Below are positions 9,183 to 21,865 of a DNA stretch of 29,390 nucleotides, in pieces. Within the stretch, counting starts at the first letter, position 1, and every line of letters starts with the position of its first letter. The DNA comes from Myxococcota bacterium. Lineage in GTDB: Bacteria > Myxococcota > UBA4151. The stretch is taken from positions 1 to 29,390 of the forward strand of contig JAYZBQ010000021.1 in the NCBI GenBank assembly GCA_036338695.1, given 5' to 3'. A program made the translations under genes and the position numbers. Under the pieces are notes generated by a model. It was not told the DNA's origin and did no database searches. It was given only the letters and a program-made list of their open reading frames with translations.

Positions 9183-10568
9183 TCACCGGTGCAGCGCGCG
9201 CCCGCCGACATCGAGCGCCGCCTCTTTGACCACCTCGGAGAGGGTGGGGTGGGCGTGGCAGGTGCGCGCGATGTCTTCGCTCGACGCCCCAAAGGCCATC
9301 GCCGTCGCCGCCTCAGCGATCAGCTCGCCAGCGCAAGGTCCCACGAGATGCACGCCGAGGACTCGGTCGGTCTCCGCATCGGCGAGGATCTTAGCGAAGC
9401 CGTCCGCGTGCCCGTGTGCGAGCGCTCGCCCGTTCGCAGCGAACCGGAAGCGCCCTTTGTTGTAGGCGCGCCCTTGCTCCTTGAGCGCCTCCTCCGTGAG
9501 GCCGACGCTGGCGACCTCGGGCTCGGTGTACACGATGCTCGGGACGAGGTTGTAGTCGACGTGACCGTAGCCCGTGACCATGCCCTCAACACACGCGACG
9601 CCGTCTTCTTCTGCCTTATGCGCCAGCATCGGTCCGGGGATCACGTCGCCGATAGCGTAGACGCCCGGGACGCCAGTGCTGAAGTGCGCGTCGACCTCAA
9701 TGCAGCCGCGCCCGTTGGTGCTCAGGCCGATGTTCTCGAGGCTCAGGCCGTCCGTATGGGGGCGCCTGCCCACCGAGACCAGGACGCGGTCGCAGGTGAT
9801 GGGGTCCCCCCCGTCGACCTCGACGACGCATTTTTCGCCCTCGACGCGCGCGCCGGTGACGGCCACGCCGAGCTGAAATTCGAGCCCTTGCTTGGCTAAA
9901 ATTTTGCGCGCCTCTTTGGCGACCGCTGCGTCACACGCAGGGAGGATCCTTGGCAGGTACTCGAGCACCGTGACTTTGGCGCCGAGCCGGTTCCAGACGC
10001 TGCCCATCTCAAGCCCGATCGCGCCGGCGCCGATCACCACCAAGTGCCCGGGGACCTCCGGGTAGCTCAAGGCTGCCGTCGAGCAGCCGATGCGGTCACC
10101 GTCTTCTTCGACGCCGCGCAAGCTCGCTGCGGACGAGCCGGTCGCAATGATCACGCGCTCGGCGGTGACCGTCTGCTCACCGACCGAAACCTGAACCCCC
10201 TCGTCGCTGCGCCCAACGAACTGACCGAGGCCGTGGTAGACCGTAATCTTGTTCTTCTTCATCAAGCCGGCCACGCCGCCCGTGAGCTGCTCGATCACGC
10301 GCTCTTTGCGCACCATGAGGTTGGGCAGGTTAAGGGTCAGCCCTTCGATGTCGAGCCCATGATCCGCCGCGTCTTCACGCGCCGCTCGGTAACGCTCGGA
10401 GGACTCAAGGAGCGCCTTGGAGGGGATGCACCCCACACGCAAACAGGTGCCGCCGAGCTTCTCCTCTTTCTCGATGATGCCCACGCTCAAGCCGAGCTGT
10501 GCCGCTCGGATCGCAGCGACGTAGCCGCCTGGACCGGCGCCGATGACCAAAAGCTGATGATCCGCCAT
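9183..10568 (-). CDS. lpdA: Dihydrolipoyl dehydrogenase (E3)
   Basis: VIGAGPGGYVAAIRAAQLG, redox disulfide GGTCLRVGCIPSK, NAD-binding VIGAGAIGLE, LAHKAEEDG, HAHPTLSE. Confidence 0.97.
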   Translation of the reverse strand: MADHQLLVIGAGPGGYVAAIRAAQLGLSVGIIEKEEKLGGTCLRVGCIPSKALLESSERYRAAREDAADHGLDIEGLTLNLPNLMVRKERVIEQLTGGVAGLMKKNKITVYHGLGQFVGRSDEGVQVSVGEQTVTAERVIIATGSSAASLRGVEEDGDRIGCSTAALSYPEVPGHLVVIGAGAIGLEMGSVWNRLGAKVTVLEYLPRILPACDAAVAKEARKILAKQGLEFQLGVAVTGARVEGEKCVVEVDGGDPITCDRVLVSVGRRPHTDGLSLENIGLSTNGRGCIEVDAHFSTGVPGVYAIGDVIPGPMLAHKAEEDGVACVEGMVTGYGHVDYNLVPSIVYTEPEVASVGLTEEALKEQGRAYNKGRFRFAANGRALAHGHADGFAKILADAETDRVLGVHLVGPCAGELIAEAATAMAFGASSEDIARTCHAHPTLSEVVKEAALDVGGRALHR

Positions 10569-10571
10569 CGT

Positions 10572-11789
10572 CTAAGCCTCCACCAGGATGCGCGCCGGGT
10601 CTTCGATGCAGTCCTTAATCCGCTTCAGGAAGCTTACGGCCTCGCGCCCGTCGACGATCCGGTGATCATACGTGAGCGCCACGTACATCATCGGGCGAAT
10701 CACGATCTCGTCGTCGACGACGACCGCCCGCTTGACGATGTTGTGCATCCCCAAAATACCGCTTTGCGGCGCGTTGACGATCGGCGTTGAGAGCATCGAC
10801 CCATAGATGCCGCCGTTGGTGATCGAGAACGTCCCGCCGGTGAGGTCATCGAGGTTGATCGTGCCCGCCTTCGCCGCGCCGGCGTAGTCTGCGATGGCTT
10901 GCTCGATCCCCGCCATGCTCAAGCTGTCGGCGCCACGAATGACGGGCACCACCAAGCCTTTGCCGCCGCCGATCGCCACGCCGATGTCGTAGTAGTTTTT
11001 GTAGACGATGTCTTTGTCTCGGATCTCGGCGTTCACCGCCGGGAACTCTTTGAGCGCCTCGATCGCTGCCTTGATGAAGAAGCTCATGAAGCCGAGCTTG
11101 ATACCATGCTTTTTGACGAAGGCGTCTTGGTAGCGCTTACGCAGCGCCATCACCCCGCTCATATCGACCTCATTGAAGGTCGTCAGCAGCGCCGCATTTT
11201 GCTGCGCGCCGACCAGGTTGCGTGCGATCGTCTGCCGCAGGCGCGACATGCGCACGACCTCTTCGGCGCCGCCCAGCGCCGACGGGGTGACCGGCGCGGC
11301 GGCTTTGGGTGCGGGGGTCGGCGCCGGAGCGGGCTCAGGCGCAGCAGCGGGCGCCGGGGTGGGTGCCTGCGCCGCGGCCTTGGCGACGTCTTCTTTGAGG
11401 ACGCGTCCACCCGGTCCGCTCCCCGCGACCTGCGCGGCGTCGATGCCGGCATCGTGCGCTGCGCGCGCCGCCGCTGGCATCACGTGACCGGAGGGCTGAG
11501 GCTCGGCCGCCGTCGCTGGCTCGCTCGCTGGCTCGCTGCTGCCCGCTGCGGGCGCTTCACCGGGCTCGAGCGTGCCTAGGACATCACCCACCGCTGCGTC
11601 CTCGCCCGCGCCGATGCGCTGCTCGGTGAGGGTGCCGCTAGCCGGCGCGGGGATCTCCATATCCGCCTTGTCGCTCTCGACCAGCACGATGGGCTCGTCG
11701 ACCTCGACGAACGCACCGACGGGTTTGAGCCACTCGGCGACGGTAACCTCGGTGACGGATTCACCGACGCTTGGGACCTTGATTTCCAC
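10572..11789 (-). CDS. sucB: 2-oxoglutarate dehydrogenase E2, dihydrolipoamide succinyltransferase
   Basis: Lipoyl domain VPSVGESVTE...ESDKADMEIPAP, E3-binding GSGPGGRVLKEDV, LTTFNEVDMS, catalytic YDHRIVDGREAV. GTG start immediately after the sucA stop. Confidence 0.97.
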   Translation of the reverse strand: MEIKVPSVGESVTEVTVAEWLKPVGAFVEVDEPIVLVESDKADMEIPAPASGTLTEQRIGAGEDAAVGDVLGTLEPGEAPAAGSSEPASEPATAAEPQPSGHVMPAAARAAHDAGIDAAQVAGSGPGGRVLKEDVAKAAAQAPTPAPAAAPEPAPAPTPAPKAAAPVTPSALGGAEEVVRMSRLRQTIARNLVGAQQNAALLTTFNEVDMSGVMALRKRYQDAFVKKHGIKLGFMSFFIKAAIEALKEFPAVNAEIRDKDIVYKNYYDIGVAIGGGKGLVVPVIRGADSLSMAGIEQAIADYAGAAKAGTINLDDLTGGTFSITNGGIYGSMLSTPIVNAPQSGILGMHNIVKRAVVVDDEIVIRPMMYVALTYDHRIVDGREAVSFLKRIKDCIEDPARILVEA

Positions 11790-15080
<3,291 letters not shown>

Positions 15081-15170
15081 GGCTCGATCAAGTTCGTTAC
15101 GGTGATGTCGGTATCTAGCCCCTACGGGGCTGAGGTCAAGTTTCTGAATCCCGGGTGACTACCAGTCCAA

Positions 15171-17036
15171 CTAGTGGAGAATGTAAACACTGTTTTGGCT
15201 CGCCGTGGTGAGGATGAGGTCATTGAGCCCGTCTCGGTTGATGTCGCTGGCGCACTGAGTTCGCACCGGGCGCTCGGAGACAGGGCTCTGCGTCCACTCG
15301 CCGGTTCCCCAGCGGATGTAGTGGCGCGTGCGCCCGACCACCGAGATCTCGTCCCGGCCATCGCCGTTGAGGTCGCAGGCTGCCAGGTCGTTGAGCGCCT
15401 GTACCGAGCCCGGTGGATCGATCACCTCGGCTTCGGCGCCTCGCCGGTGAATGATCAGTTGGTCGCCGCCGTCGGTCGTCGTCAGCACGCCATCGACGAG
15501 CCCTTCGCCAAAGCGGATCGTCGTCGCCAGGCTGCCCATGACGTCCTCGCTGGCGCCCCGCAGCGCCGGCGCCATCGGCCCCTCGCCCTCCTGGTCGCTG
15601 AGCACGTAGCTCATCTCGGTCTCGAGCGGTGTATCGAGCACCCACACGACGCCTCGGTCTTGGCTGCCTCGTCGGTCGACCACGGCGACGCCCGCTTGAC
15701 CGGGCTGCCGGAACGAGCCGGTGATCAGCGTCCCGCTCGACAGGCTGTTGGGGGTCTGCAGCGTGACGCTGCCTGGCGCGTCGTCGTCCACCGTACTCGG
15801 CGAGTTCGCCTCAAGTCGGTCCAAGGGGAACATCTTGATAAAGCGTGAGCCGACTTGGAGCGCAAGCGCAGGCTGGGCGGTCTCGTCGACCTCACCGGGG
15901 GCGAGCCCGCGTGGGTGATAGGCGAGGTTTCGCATCACCGAGCCCATGAGCCGAGCGCCCGGGTTCATCACGTGGAAGGTTCTGATTTCTTGGGCGCGTG
16001 CCCACCACTCAACGAACTCAATACGACCGCCGTTGGGCTCGCTTGAGACCACCGCGAGTTGATCGCTTGCCGTATCGCGCAGCGGCGCTGCGAGGCACAG
16101 GTTGGTACCCCGACCGCCCAAGTCAAAGGTCGTGATGCGGCTGTCGCCGAACGAGGGGCTCCCCCAGAAGACGATGCCGGAGTTAAGGGCGATCCCGTTG
16201 AACATGTAGGTGCGGATGATCACCACCTCGTCGAGCCCGTCGGCGTCGAGGTCGCCGGCGCAGGGTTTGCTGTTGTTGACGTAGGTGTTGCTGCTGCTCA
16301 CCGTGTAGACGTCGAGCGCGACGGTGAGCGTCAGGGCGCGCTCGGTCGTGTTGCCGACCTCGTCGGTGGCGCGAAACGTCAGCTCATGGTCTCCGCTCGG
16401 CAGGCCCCGTAAGCGCCCCGTCTCCGAGCCGTTGGCGGCCGCTTGATCGCTGACGCGCTCAGAGACAGGCGCAAAATCGTCGCCGTTGATGCTCAGCTCA
16501 AACGCAGCGACGTCTTGAGCGCCTACGCCGTCGTCGTCGTTGAGCGCACCCCAGCTGATCAGGGGGAGCCGCGTCGCTTGTGCAGACGTTTCGACCTCAA
16601 AGGTCGGGGGGGTGGTGTCCACCGACCAGGTCCGCTCGAGGACGGTCTGTGTGGTGCGAAGGCTCACCGAATGGACGCCATGGGTCAGCGTGACCCGAAC
16701 GCTTGCTGTGCCCTGCGCATCGGTCGCGCCGGCGCCGAGGAGCGTCTCGCCCTCGTACAGGCCAAACTCGGTGGAGGGCTCGCCCGCCACCAGGCAGTCG
16801 ATCTGAAGCTCAGGGCGCTCAGGCGCTTGGTCAGCGTCCGCCCCGAGGAGGGCGTCCATCGGGGGCGTGAGCGACCAGGTCGAGGCGCCTGCGTCGGTCT
16901 CGCGGCCACCGTCCGTCTGAGCGCCTGCGTCGGCGCCCGCTCCGGCGTCGAGCGAGCCGCTCCCGCCCGGTTCGATGAGCTCCGGGGCGACGAAGCACCC
17001 GGTCATGAGAATTGGCAGCAGCCGGAACGTGTTCAT
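15171..17036 (-). CDS. Lipoprotein with Ig-like domains and FG-GAP/VCBS Ca-binding repeats
   Basis: Lipobox LMTG-C; Ig-like signatures WSVDTTPP and LPSGDHELTFRATDEVGNT; motifs GDLDADGLDE, CDLNGDGRDE and SDINRDGLND. Confidence 0.8.
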   Translation of the reverse strand: MNTFRLLPILMTGCFVAPELIEPGGSGSLDAGAGADAGAQTDGGRETDAGASTWSLTPPMDALLGADADQAPERPELQIDCLVAGEPSTEFGLYEGETLLGAGATDAQGTASVRVTLTHGVHSVSLRTTQTVLERTWSVDTTPPTFEVETSAQATRLPLISWGALNDDDGVGAQDVAAFELSINGDDFAPVSERVSDQAAANGSETGRLRGLPSGDHELTFRATDEVGNTTERALTLTVALDVYTVSSSNTYVNNSKPCAGDLDADGLDEVVIIRTYMFNGIALNSGIVFWGSPSFGDSRITTFDLGGRGTNLCLAAPLRDTASDQLAVVSSEPNGGRIEFVEWWARAQEIRTFHVMNPGARLMGSVMRNLAYHPRGLAPGEVDETAQPALALQVGSRFIKMFPLDRLEANSPSTVDDDAPGSVTLQTPNSLSSGTLITGSFRQPGQAGVAVVDRRGSQDRGVVWVLDTPLETEMSYVLSDQEGEGPMAPALRGASEDVMGSLATTIRFGEGLVDGVLTTTDGGDQLIIHRRGAEAEVIDPPGSVQALNDLAACDLNGDGRDEISVVGRTRHYIRWGTGEWTQSPVSERPVRTQCASDINRDGLNDLILTTASQNSVYILH

Positions 17037-17105
17037 GTGGCCTCAAGCTCCGGGTGAAGCCTACGGTTTGAGCGCATAAAATCACAAGCGGTTCTGACCA
17101 CGAAT

Positions 17106-17134
17106 TTGACGCGCTGAGGCGGCGCGCCTAATCG
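17106..17134 (+). promoter_or_regulatory. Putative sigma70-type promoter for the kinase gene, possibly leaderless
   Basis: TTGACG-17 nt-TAATCG ending 7 nt before the ATG at 17142; no SD sequence visible. The -10 match is weak. Confidence 0.35.
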
Positions 17135-17141
17135 CGTCTGC

Positions 17142-19034
17142 ATGACAGATCATCGCCTCGGTCGTTACCAGCTGATGAACCGCCTCGGCGCCGGGGGGAT
17201 GGCGGAGGTGTGGCTAGCGGACCAGACGGGACCGCGTGGGTTCCGGCGGCGCTGCGTGATCAAGCGGATTCATGACCACCTCAACGCTCAGCAGGACTTC
17301 GTGGCGCGGTTTGAGGACGAGGCGCGGCTCGCTGCGATGCTGCGCCACCCCAACATCGTCCGGGTCGAGGACTTCGGCGAAGAGGACGGGACCTTGTTCA
17401 TGGCGCTCGAGTACATCGAGGGCTGGGAGTTCGCTGATCTGCTGCGTCGCGGCGCCAAATCGGGTCAGAAGATCCCGGACACTTTGGCGCTCGACATCAT
17501 CATCCAGATCGCCGAGGCGCTCGACTACGCGCACGCGCTGCGCGACCAGAGCGGTCGGCGGCTGCGGATCGTGCACCGAGACGTCAGCCCACAGAATCTA
17601 TTGATCGAGAAGGGCACCGGCTCAGCCAAACTCCTCGATTTCGGGATCGCAAGCGCTGAGAGCAACCTGCATGAGACCCAGGCGGGACTGATCAAAGGAA
17701 AAATCGCTTATTTCAGCCCGGAGCAAGCCCGCGGCGAGCCGCTCGATGGCCGCACGGATCTCTACGCCCTTGGGCTCGTGCTGTATGAGGCGCTCGCCGG
17801 GAAGCGTGTGTTTCGGGGCGAGTCGATGGTGCGGCTCCTGCGCGAGGTGACCGACGCACAGGTCCCGCCGCTCTCCGGCAAGCGGCCGGACCTGCCGCGC
17901 GAGGTCCTCGTGGCGGTCGCGAAGGCCACCGCTGAAGATCGCGAGGCGCGTTACGCCACGGGCGCTGCGATGGCGGCGGCGCTGCGGCATGCCTTGCAGG
18001 CGATGGGGGGGATCACCAGCCGGTCGGCGATGGACGAGTGGGTGCGCACGCTCCCGTCGAGCACGGAGCTTCCCAAAACCGGGACCACCTCGGCGGTCTC
18101 GGTGATGGCGGATTCACAGCCTGCGCCGCGACCGTTCGAAGACGACGAGCCGACGATGAGCCTGGGCAAGGCTGCTGAGGCGACCGTCGCCTCCGTGCGG
18201 ACGCCGGCACAGACCGTGATCGCTGAGCCGCTGCGGCAGCGCGCCTCCTCGATTCGCCAGGACGAACCGACCGTGGTGGCGGAGCCTGAACCGACCGAAG
18301 AGGTGACGGTGGGTCAGCTCTCCCATGGGCCGCCAGCGGTGCCGACCAAGCCGGTGTCAGCGTCGCCCGCGGGGCGCAGCAACGTCGCCTGGGTTGCGAC
18401 CTTAACCGTCGGCTTACTCGCCGTCGCCGTGGTCGCATTTTTAGTCCACTCGGCTCAGGTTGAGGTGCCTGTTGACGCGGTGGATGCGCCGACGAGGGCG
18501 GTCGCCCCATCGCCGGACGATATCGTCGAGATCGTGGCGCGCCCCGACACCGGCGCGCCCGCCTCCGCGGACGCCGCTACGGCGCCTGAGGTCACCAAGC
18601 CCGCTCCAGCGCCCGCTGAGCCTCAAGCGGCTCCGGCGCCCCAGCGCACGCGCCCGGCGAATCCGGTCAAGCCCAAGCCCAAACCCAAAGCGCGCGCGGC
18701 GTCGCCCCGAGCGGTCGCTCCGGTCAAGAAGGGGCCTGCGCCCAAGGCGCAACCCAAGCCGGCCTCTGCGCCGCCGCCCGCAGCCCAAACCGCCCGCTTA
18801 GCTCAGCGCGACCTCGACGCCGTGACGATGCGGCATTTTCAGGCGCTTGCGAACTGCAAGCAGGGTGAGTCGGGGGTGGTGATCAACCTGCAGATCCACA
18901 AGACCGGCATGCCTTTTGGCGTGCGCATCACGGGCGCCTCTTCGGAGGTCTCAACCTGTCTGAGGAAGCTGGTGCGTAAGTGGCGCTACCCCGCCCACGG
19001 GGGCTCCGCCGTTCGGCATAAGATCAAGCTCTAG
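17142..19034 (+). CDS. Membrane-anchored Hanks-type Ser/Thr protein kinase with a Pro/Ala/Lys-rich linker and a small C-terminal TonB-C/AgmX-like domain
   Basis: LGAGGMAEVW, VIKRI, HPNIV, HRDVSPQN, DFG, YFSPEQ, DLYALG; transmembrane segment VAWVATLTVGLLAVAVVAFLV; C-terminal C...G.V.I.LQI..TG...CLRKLVRKWRYP. Confidence 0.93.
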   Translation: MTDHRLGRYQLMNRLGAGGMAEVWLADQTGPRGFRRRCVIKRIHDHLNAQQDFVARFEDEARLAAMLRHPNIVRVEDFGEEDGTLFMALEYIEGWEFADLLRRGAKSGQKIPDTLALDIIIQIAEALDYAHALRDQSGRRLRIVHRDVSPQNLLIEKGTGSAKLLDFGIASAESNLHETQAGLIKGKIAYFSPEQARGEPLDGRTDLYALGLVLYEALAGKRVFRGESMVRLLREVTDAQVPPLSGKRPDLPREVLVAVAKATAEDREARYATGAAMAAALRHALQAMGGITSRSAMDEWVRTLPSSTELPKTGTTSAVSVMADSQPAPRPFEDDEPTMSLGKAAEATVASVRTPAQTVIAEPLRQRASSIRQDEPTVVAEPEPTEEVTVGQLSHGPPAVPTKPVSASPAGRSNVAWVATLTVGLLAVAVVAFLVHSAQVEVPVDAVDAPTRAVAPSPDDIVEIVARPDTGAPASADAATAPEVTKPAPAPAEPQAAPAPQRTRPANPVKPKPKPKARAASPRAVAPVKKGPAPKAQPKPASAPPPAAQTARLAQRDLDAVTMRHFQALANCKQGESGVVINLQIHKTGMPFGVRITGASSEVSTCLRKLVRKWRYPAHGGSAVRHKIKL

Positions 19035-19774
19035 GGCAACAAGCTAAGGACGCCGAGCGCAGCCCCCGAGAGCATCAAGCCCACTGAGACCGGCAGGTCG
19101 ACCGATTTGAAGCGCTCCACGGCGTTGTTGTGCTCGGTGCGCAGCCGCTCTTTATCGATCCGCTGCGCTTCGGTCGGCTCGGGGACATCGGCCAGCGCAT
19201 CGTGCTCCGTTTTGAGCTGGTTGATGTCGCCGTACGCGAGCGCGTTGATCCCCCCGCCGATCACCAGCAGGACGCCACCGCCGGCGGCGGCGTAGGGCTG
19301 CCACGGCTTGGCAAAGAAGCCCGATCCGGTGCGCTCAGGGGTGGTGGTCGACGGAGCCTGCGTCGCCGCCGCCGCAGCGGGCTTCGCCGCAGCGGGCTCT
19401 CCGAACAGGGAGGGTAAGACGTCCTCGAGCGCAGCGGCCAGCCCCGGCAGGTCGGGGCCTTGGCGGACGGTGGCGCTGACCGCTTGGGTCTGCCCTTTGA
19501 CCTGCAGGTTGAGCTCGAGCTCGTAGCTGCCGGCGTTGGTGCGGCGCAGTGAGCCGGCGATCACAAACTGCGGGACTCGGCCCGCCATGAGGTCTTCCAG
19601 GCTGACCTGGACGAGCTGAAAGCGGGGGGACTCCTCGACTAAGCCGCTGACGACTTCTTGAAGGAGCAGCGAGTCGTCTGGCGAGAGGGCTTGCGTGCGT
19701 TGGAAGGGGATGACGGCGACTTGGGCTTGCGCTGTGCTCGCCGCTAAGATCCCACTGAACAACAAACCGACCAC
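19031..19774 (-). CDS. Hypothetical exported/membrane protein (TolB-N/CsgG-like N-terminal domain, C-terminal hydrophobic hairpin)
   Basis: GAGGA upstream of the GTG at 19774 gives the signal peptide MVGLLFSGILAASTAQA; VAVIPF...FVIAGSLRR...YELELNL; two C-terminal hydrophobic segments. Confidence 0.6.
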   Translation of the reverse strand: MVGLLFSGILAASTAQAQVAVIPFQRTQALSPDDSLLLQEVVSGLVEESPRFQLVQVSLEDLMAGRVPQFVIAGSLRRTNAGSYELELNLQVKGQTQAVSATVRQGPDLPGLAAALEDVLPSLFGEPAAAKPAAAAATQAPSTTTPERTGSGFFAKPWQPYAAAGGGVLLVIGGGINALAYGDINQLKTEHDALADVPEPTEAQRIDKERLRTEHNNAVERFKSVDLPVSVGLMLSGAALGVLSLLP

Positions 19775-19861
19775 TGCTGCGTCCTCACTTCGCGACCGAG
19801 CAAGGGCGCGCACGCGCTCGCAAGGCTTCGCCGTAGTCCTGCGTCAGCTTGACCTATTCGG

Positions 19862-20641
19862 TCAACCGACAAAGGCCTTTTCGAGGACGTACTCACCGAT
19901 GTTGCGCCCGCTGGTTTGGCGCAGGCCTGCCTCTTCGAGCATGGCCTTGAGCTCAAGGTTGAACTCCATGGACCCGCAGAGCATGACCCGGTCGCGCTCG
20001 GGGTCAAACCCGGACGCCACGCCGAGATCATCAAAGAGCTTACCCGAACGGATCAGGTCCGTGATCCGCCCTTGCCGGGGGTGGTCTGGGTCGCGCGTGA
20101 CGCTGTTGTAGTAGTGAAACTGCTTCGCCGCATACTCGTCGCAGAGCGGGTCCTCATAGACCGTCTGGGCGAGCTGTTCGCTGTATTGCAGGTCGGCGAC
20201 TTTTCGGCAGGTGTGGGTCAGGAAGATCTGGTCGAACTTTTGGTAGGTGAGCTCGTCGCGCAGGATCGAGCCAAAGGGCGCCACGCCGGTGCCCGTCGAC
20301 AGCAGCCACAGGCGCGCGCCGGCGCGCAGCGAGAAGGGCAGCAGGTTGCCCACGGCGCGCCCGCTCAGGAGCAGCTCGTCGCCGACTTGGATGTGTTGCA
20401 GCCGTGAGGTGAGCGGTCCGTCTTGGATTTTGATCGAGTAAAACTCGAACTCCTCGTCCCACTCGGGGCTGGTGATGGAGTAGGCACGCATGATCGGCTT
20501 TCCGTCGATCTCGAGCCCGAGCATGATGAACTGCCCGGCGCGAAACTTAAGGGTCGGCGGGCGCTCGCAGCGAAACCGAAACAGCGAGTCGGTGTAATGC
20601 TCGATCATGGTGACTTTTACGCGGTGGTCAACGCTTGCCAT
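19862..20641 (-). CDS. fpr: Ferredoxin/flavodoxin--NADP+ reductase
   Basis: FRAGQFIMLGL, RAYSI, YSIKIQDGPLTSRLQH, STGTGVAPF, MLCGS and C-terminal EKAFVG. Confidence 0.93.
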   Translation of the reverse strand: MASVDHRVKVTMIEHYTDSLFRFRCERPPTLKFRAGQFIMLGLEIDGKPIMRAYSITSPEWDEEFEFYSIKIQDGPLTSRLQHIQVGDELLLSGRAVGNLLPFSLRAGARLWLLSTGTGVAPFGSILRDELTYQKFDQIFLTHTCRKVADLQYSEQLAQTVYEDPLCDEYAAKQFHYYNSVTRDPDHPRQGRITDLIRSGKLFDDLGVASGFDPERDRVMLCGSMEFNLELKAMLEEAGLRQTSGRNIGEYVLEKAFVG

Positions 20642-20797
20642 GAGAGGCCTCCCCTCGCGGGTTCATCTGGGTCTGCGCTTAGGCGCATTTTCGCGAAATT
20701 ACCAACTCGAAAGCTCGGCGCTCGATCGATGGATCCGCCCCGCCTGACCCCTTGAATGCGGCTAGCCGCCGGCGGCTCGACGCGTTACCCCTTGAGC

Positions 20798-21865
20798 ATG
20801 GACTGGACTGCCGACAGCGGGAACCTCGTGGTGCGCGCCGATAATCTGGTGGCGCTTCGGCAGCTCGCTTCCGGGTTCGCACGCCGCTTCGCCTTGGCGT
20901 ACTTGGACCCGCCCTACAACACCGGGACGCGCAAGGCAGAGGCGTACGACGACGCCATGTCGCGTTCCGCCTGGCGCCAGTTCATGGGCGAGCGCCTGAG
21001 CGCGCTTTGGCCGCTCATGGCGTCGACGGGCGTCGTCATGGTCCAGATCGATGACCGCGAGCTCGGGACGGTGCTGTCGCTGATCGAAGAGCAGGACCGC
21101 CGCGTCCTCAACCACGTGGTGGTCAAGATGAGTGAGCTCAGCGGGGTCAAGATGGCGCATGCGCAGCACCGGCTGCCCAAAATTAAAGAGCATCTGATCA
21201 TCGTCGCCGCAGGCCCTCAAGCGACCTTGCGCAATGTGCGCACGCCCAAGCCGATGGATAAGCTGATCGCCTACAGCCGCTACTACAGCCAGGTGCTGAT
21301 GAACCCACAGGACCCGATCGAGCGCTGGCGCCTCGAGTCTGTCCGAGAGGTGGCGACGAAGGCGTGGGGCTGGGACCCCCAAGCGGGTGACGCCCACCGA
21401 CGCTTAGCCGAGCTCAAGCTCGAGCATGCCGAGCGGATGGTGTACCGCACCAACAACGCGCTGATCGCTCGAGACGCAGGGCACGGCATCCGGAGGCTGC
21501 GCTCACCCGATGGCGTCGAGTACGTCGCCTGGGACGACAAGCAGATGCTTTTTCTTGCCGATCACGTCGACCAGCCGCTCGGCGATTTGTGGACCGACGT
21601 CAGCACGATCAACCTGAACAAGGAGGGCGGCGTCGCGTTTCGGCACTCCAAGAAGCCGGAGAAGTTGATGCGACGATGCCTGGAGCTCGCCAGTGAGCCC
21701 GGTGATTGGGTGTTGGACCCGTTCGCAGGGTCGGGCACGACCGCAGCGGTCGCCTGGCAGACCGGTCGTCAGTTCGTGACGATCGAGCAGGGTGAGCATG
21801 CCAAGACCGCGGTGTGCCGCCGGCTCGACGCGCTGGGCGCGCCCTACCGGTTCATCGAGCCCTAA
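20798..21865 (+). CDS. DNA amino-methyltransferase (N6A/N4C, beta class, Mod-like) with no cognate nuclease nearby
   Basis: Catalytic YLDPPYNTG precedes KKPEKL and the SAM-binding motif VLDPFAGSGTT (beta order). ATG at 20798 chosen; the ORF could start at 20756. Confidence 0.88.
   Translation: MDWTADSGNLVVRADNLVALRQLASGFARRFALAYLDPPYNTGTRKAEAYDDAMSRSAWRQFMGERLSALWPLMASTGVVMVQIDDRELGTVLSLIEEQDRRVLNHVVVKMSELSGVKMAHAQHRLPKIKEHLIIVAAGPQATLRNVRTPKPMDKLIAYSRYYSQVLMNPQDPIERWRLESVREVATKAWGWDPQAGDAHRRLAELKLEHAERMVYRTNNALIARDAGHGIRRLRSPDGVEYVAWDDKQMLFLADHVDQPLGDLWTDVSTINLNKEGGVAFRHSKKPEKLMRRCLELASEPGDWVLDPFAGSGTTAAVAWQTGRQFVTIEQGEHAKTAVCRRLDALGAPYRFIEP

Noticed and set aside
17065..17090. CRP-like site (TTTGA...TCACA) between the lipoprotein and kinase genes
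   Set aside because: The half-site spacing is 10 nt rather than 6 and the left half-site is imperfect.
20798..21865. Complete restriction-modification system
   Set aside because: No endonuclease, helicase or specificity subunit is adjacent.
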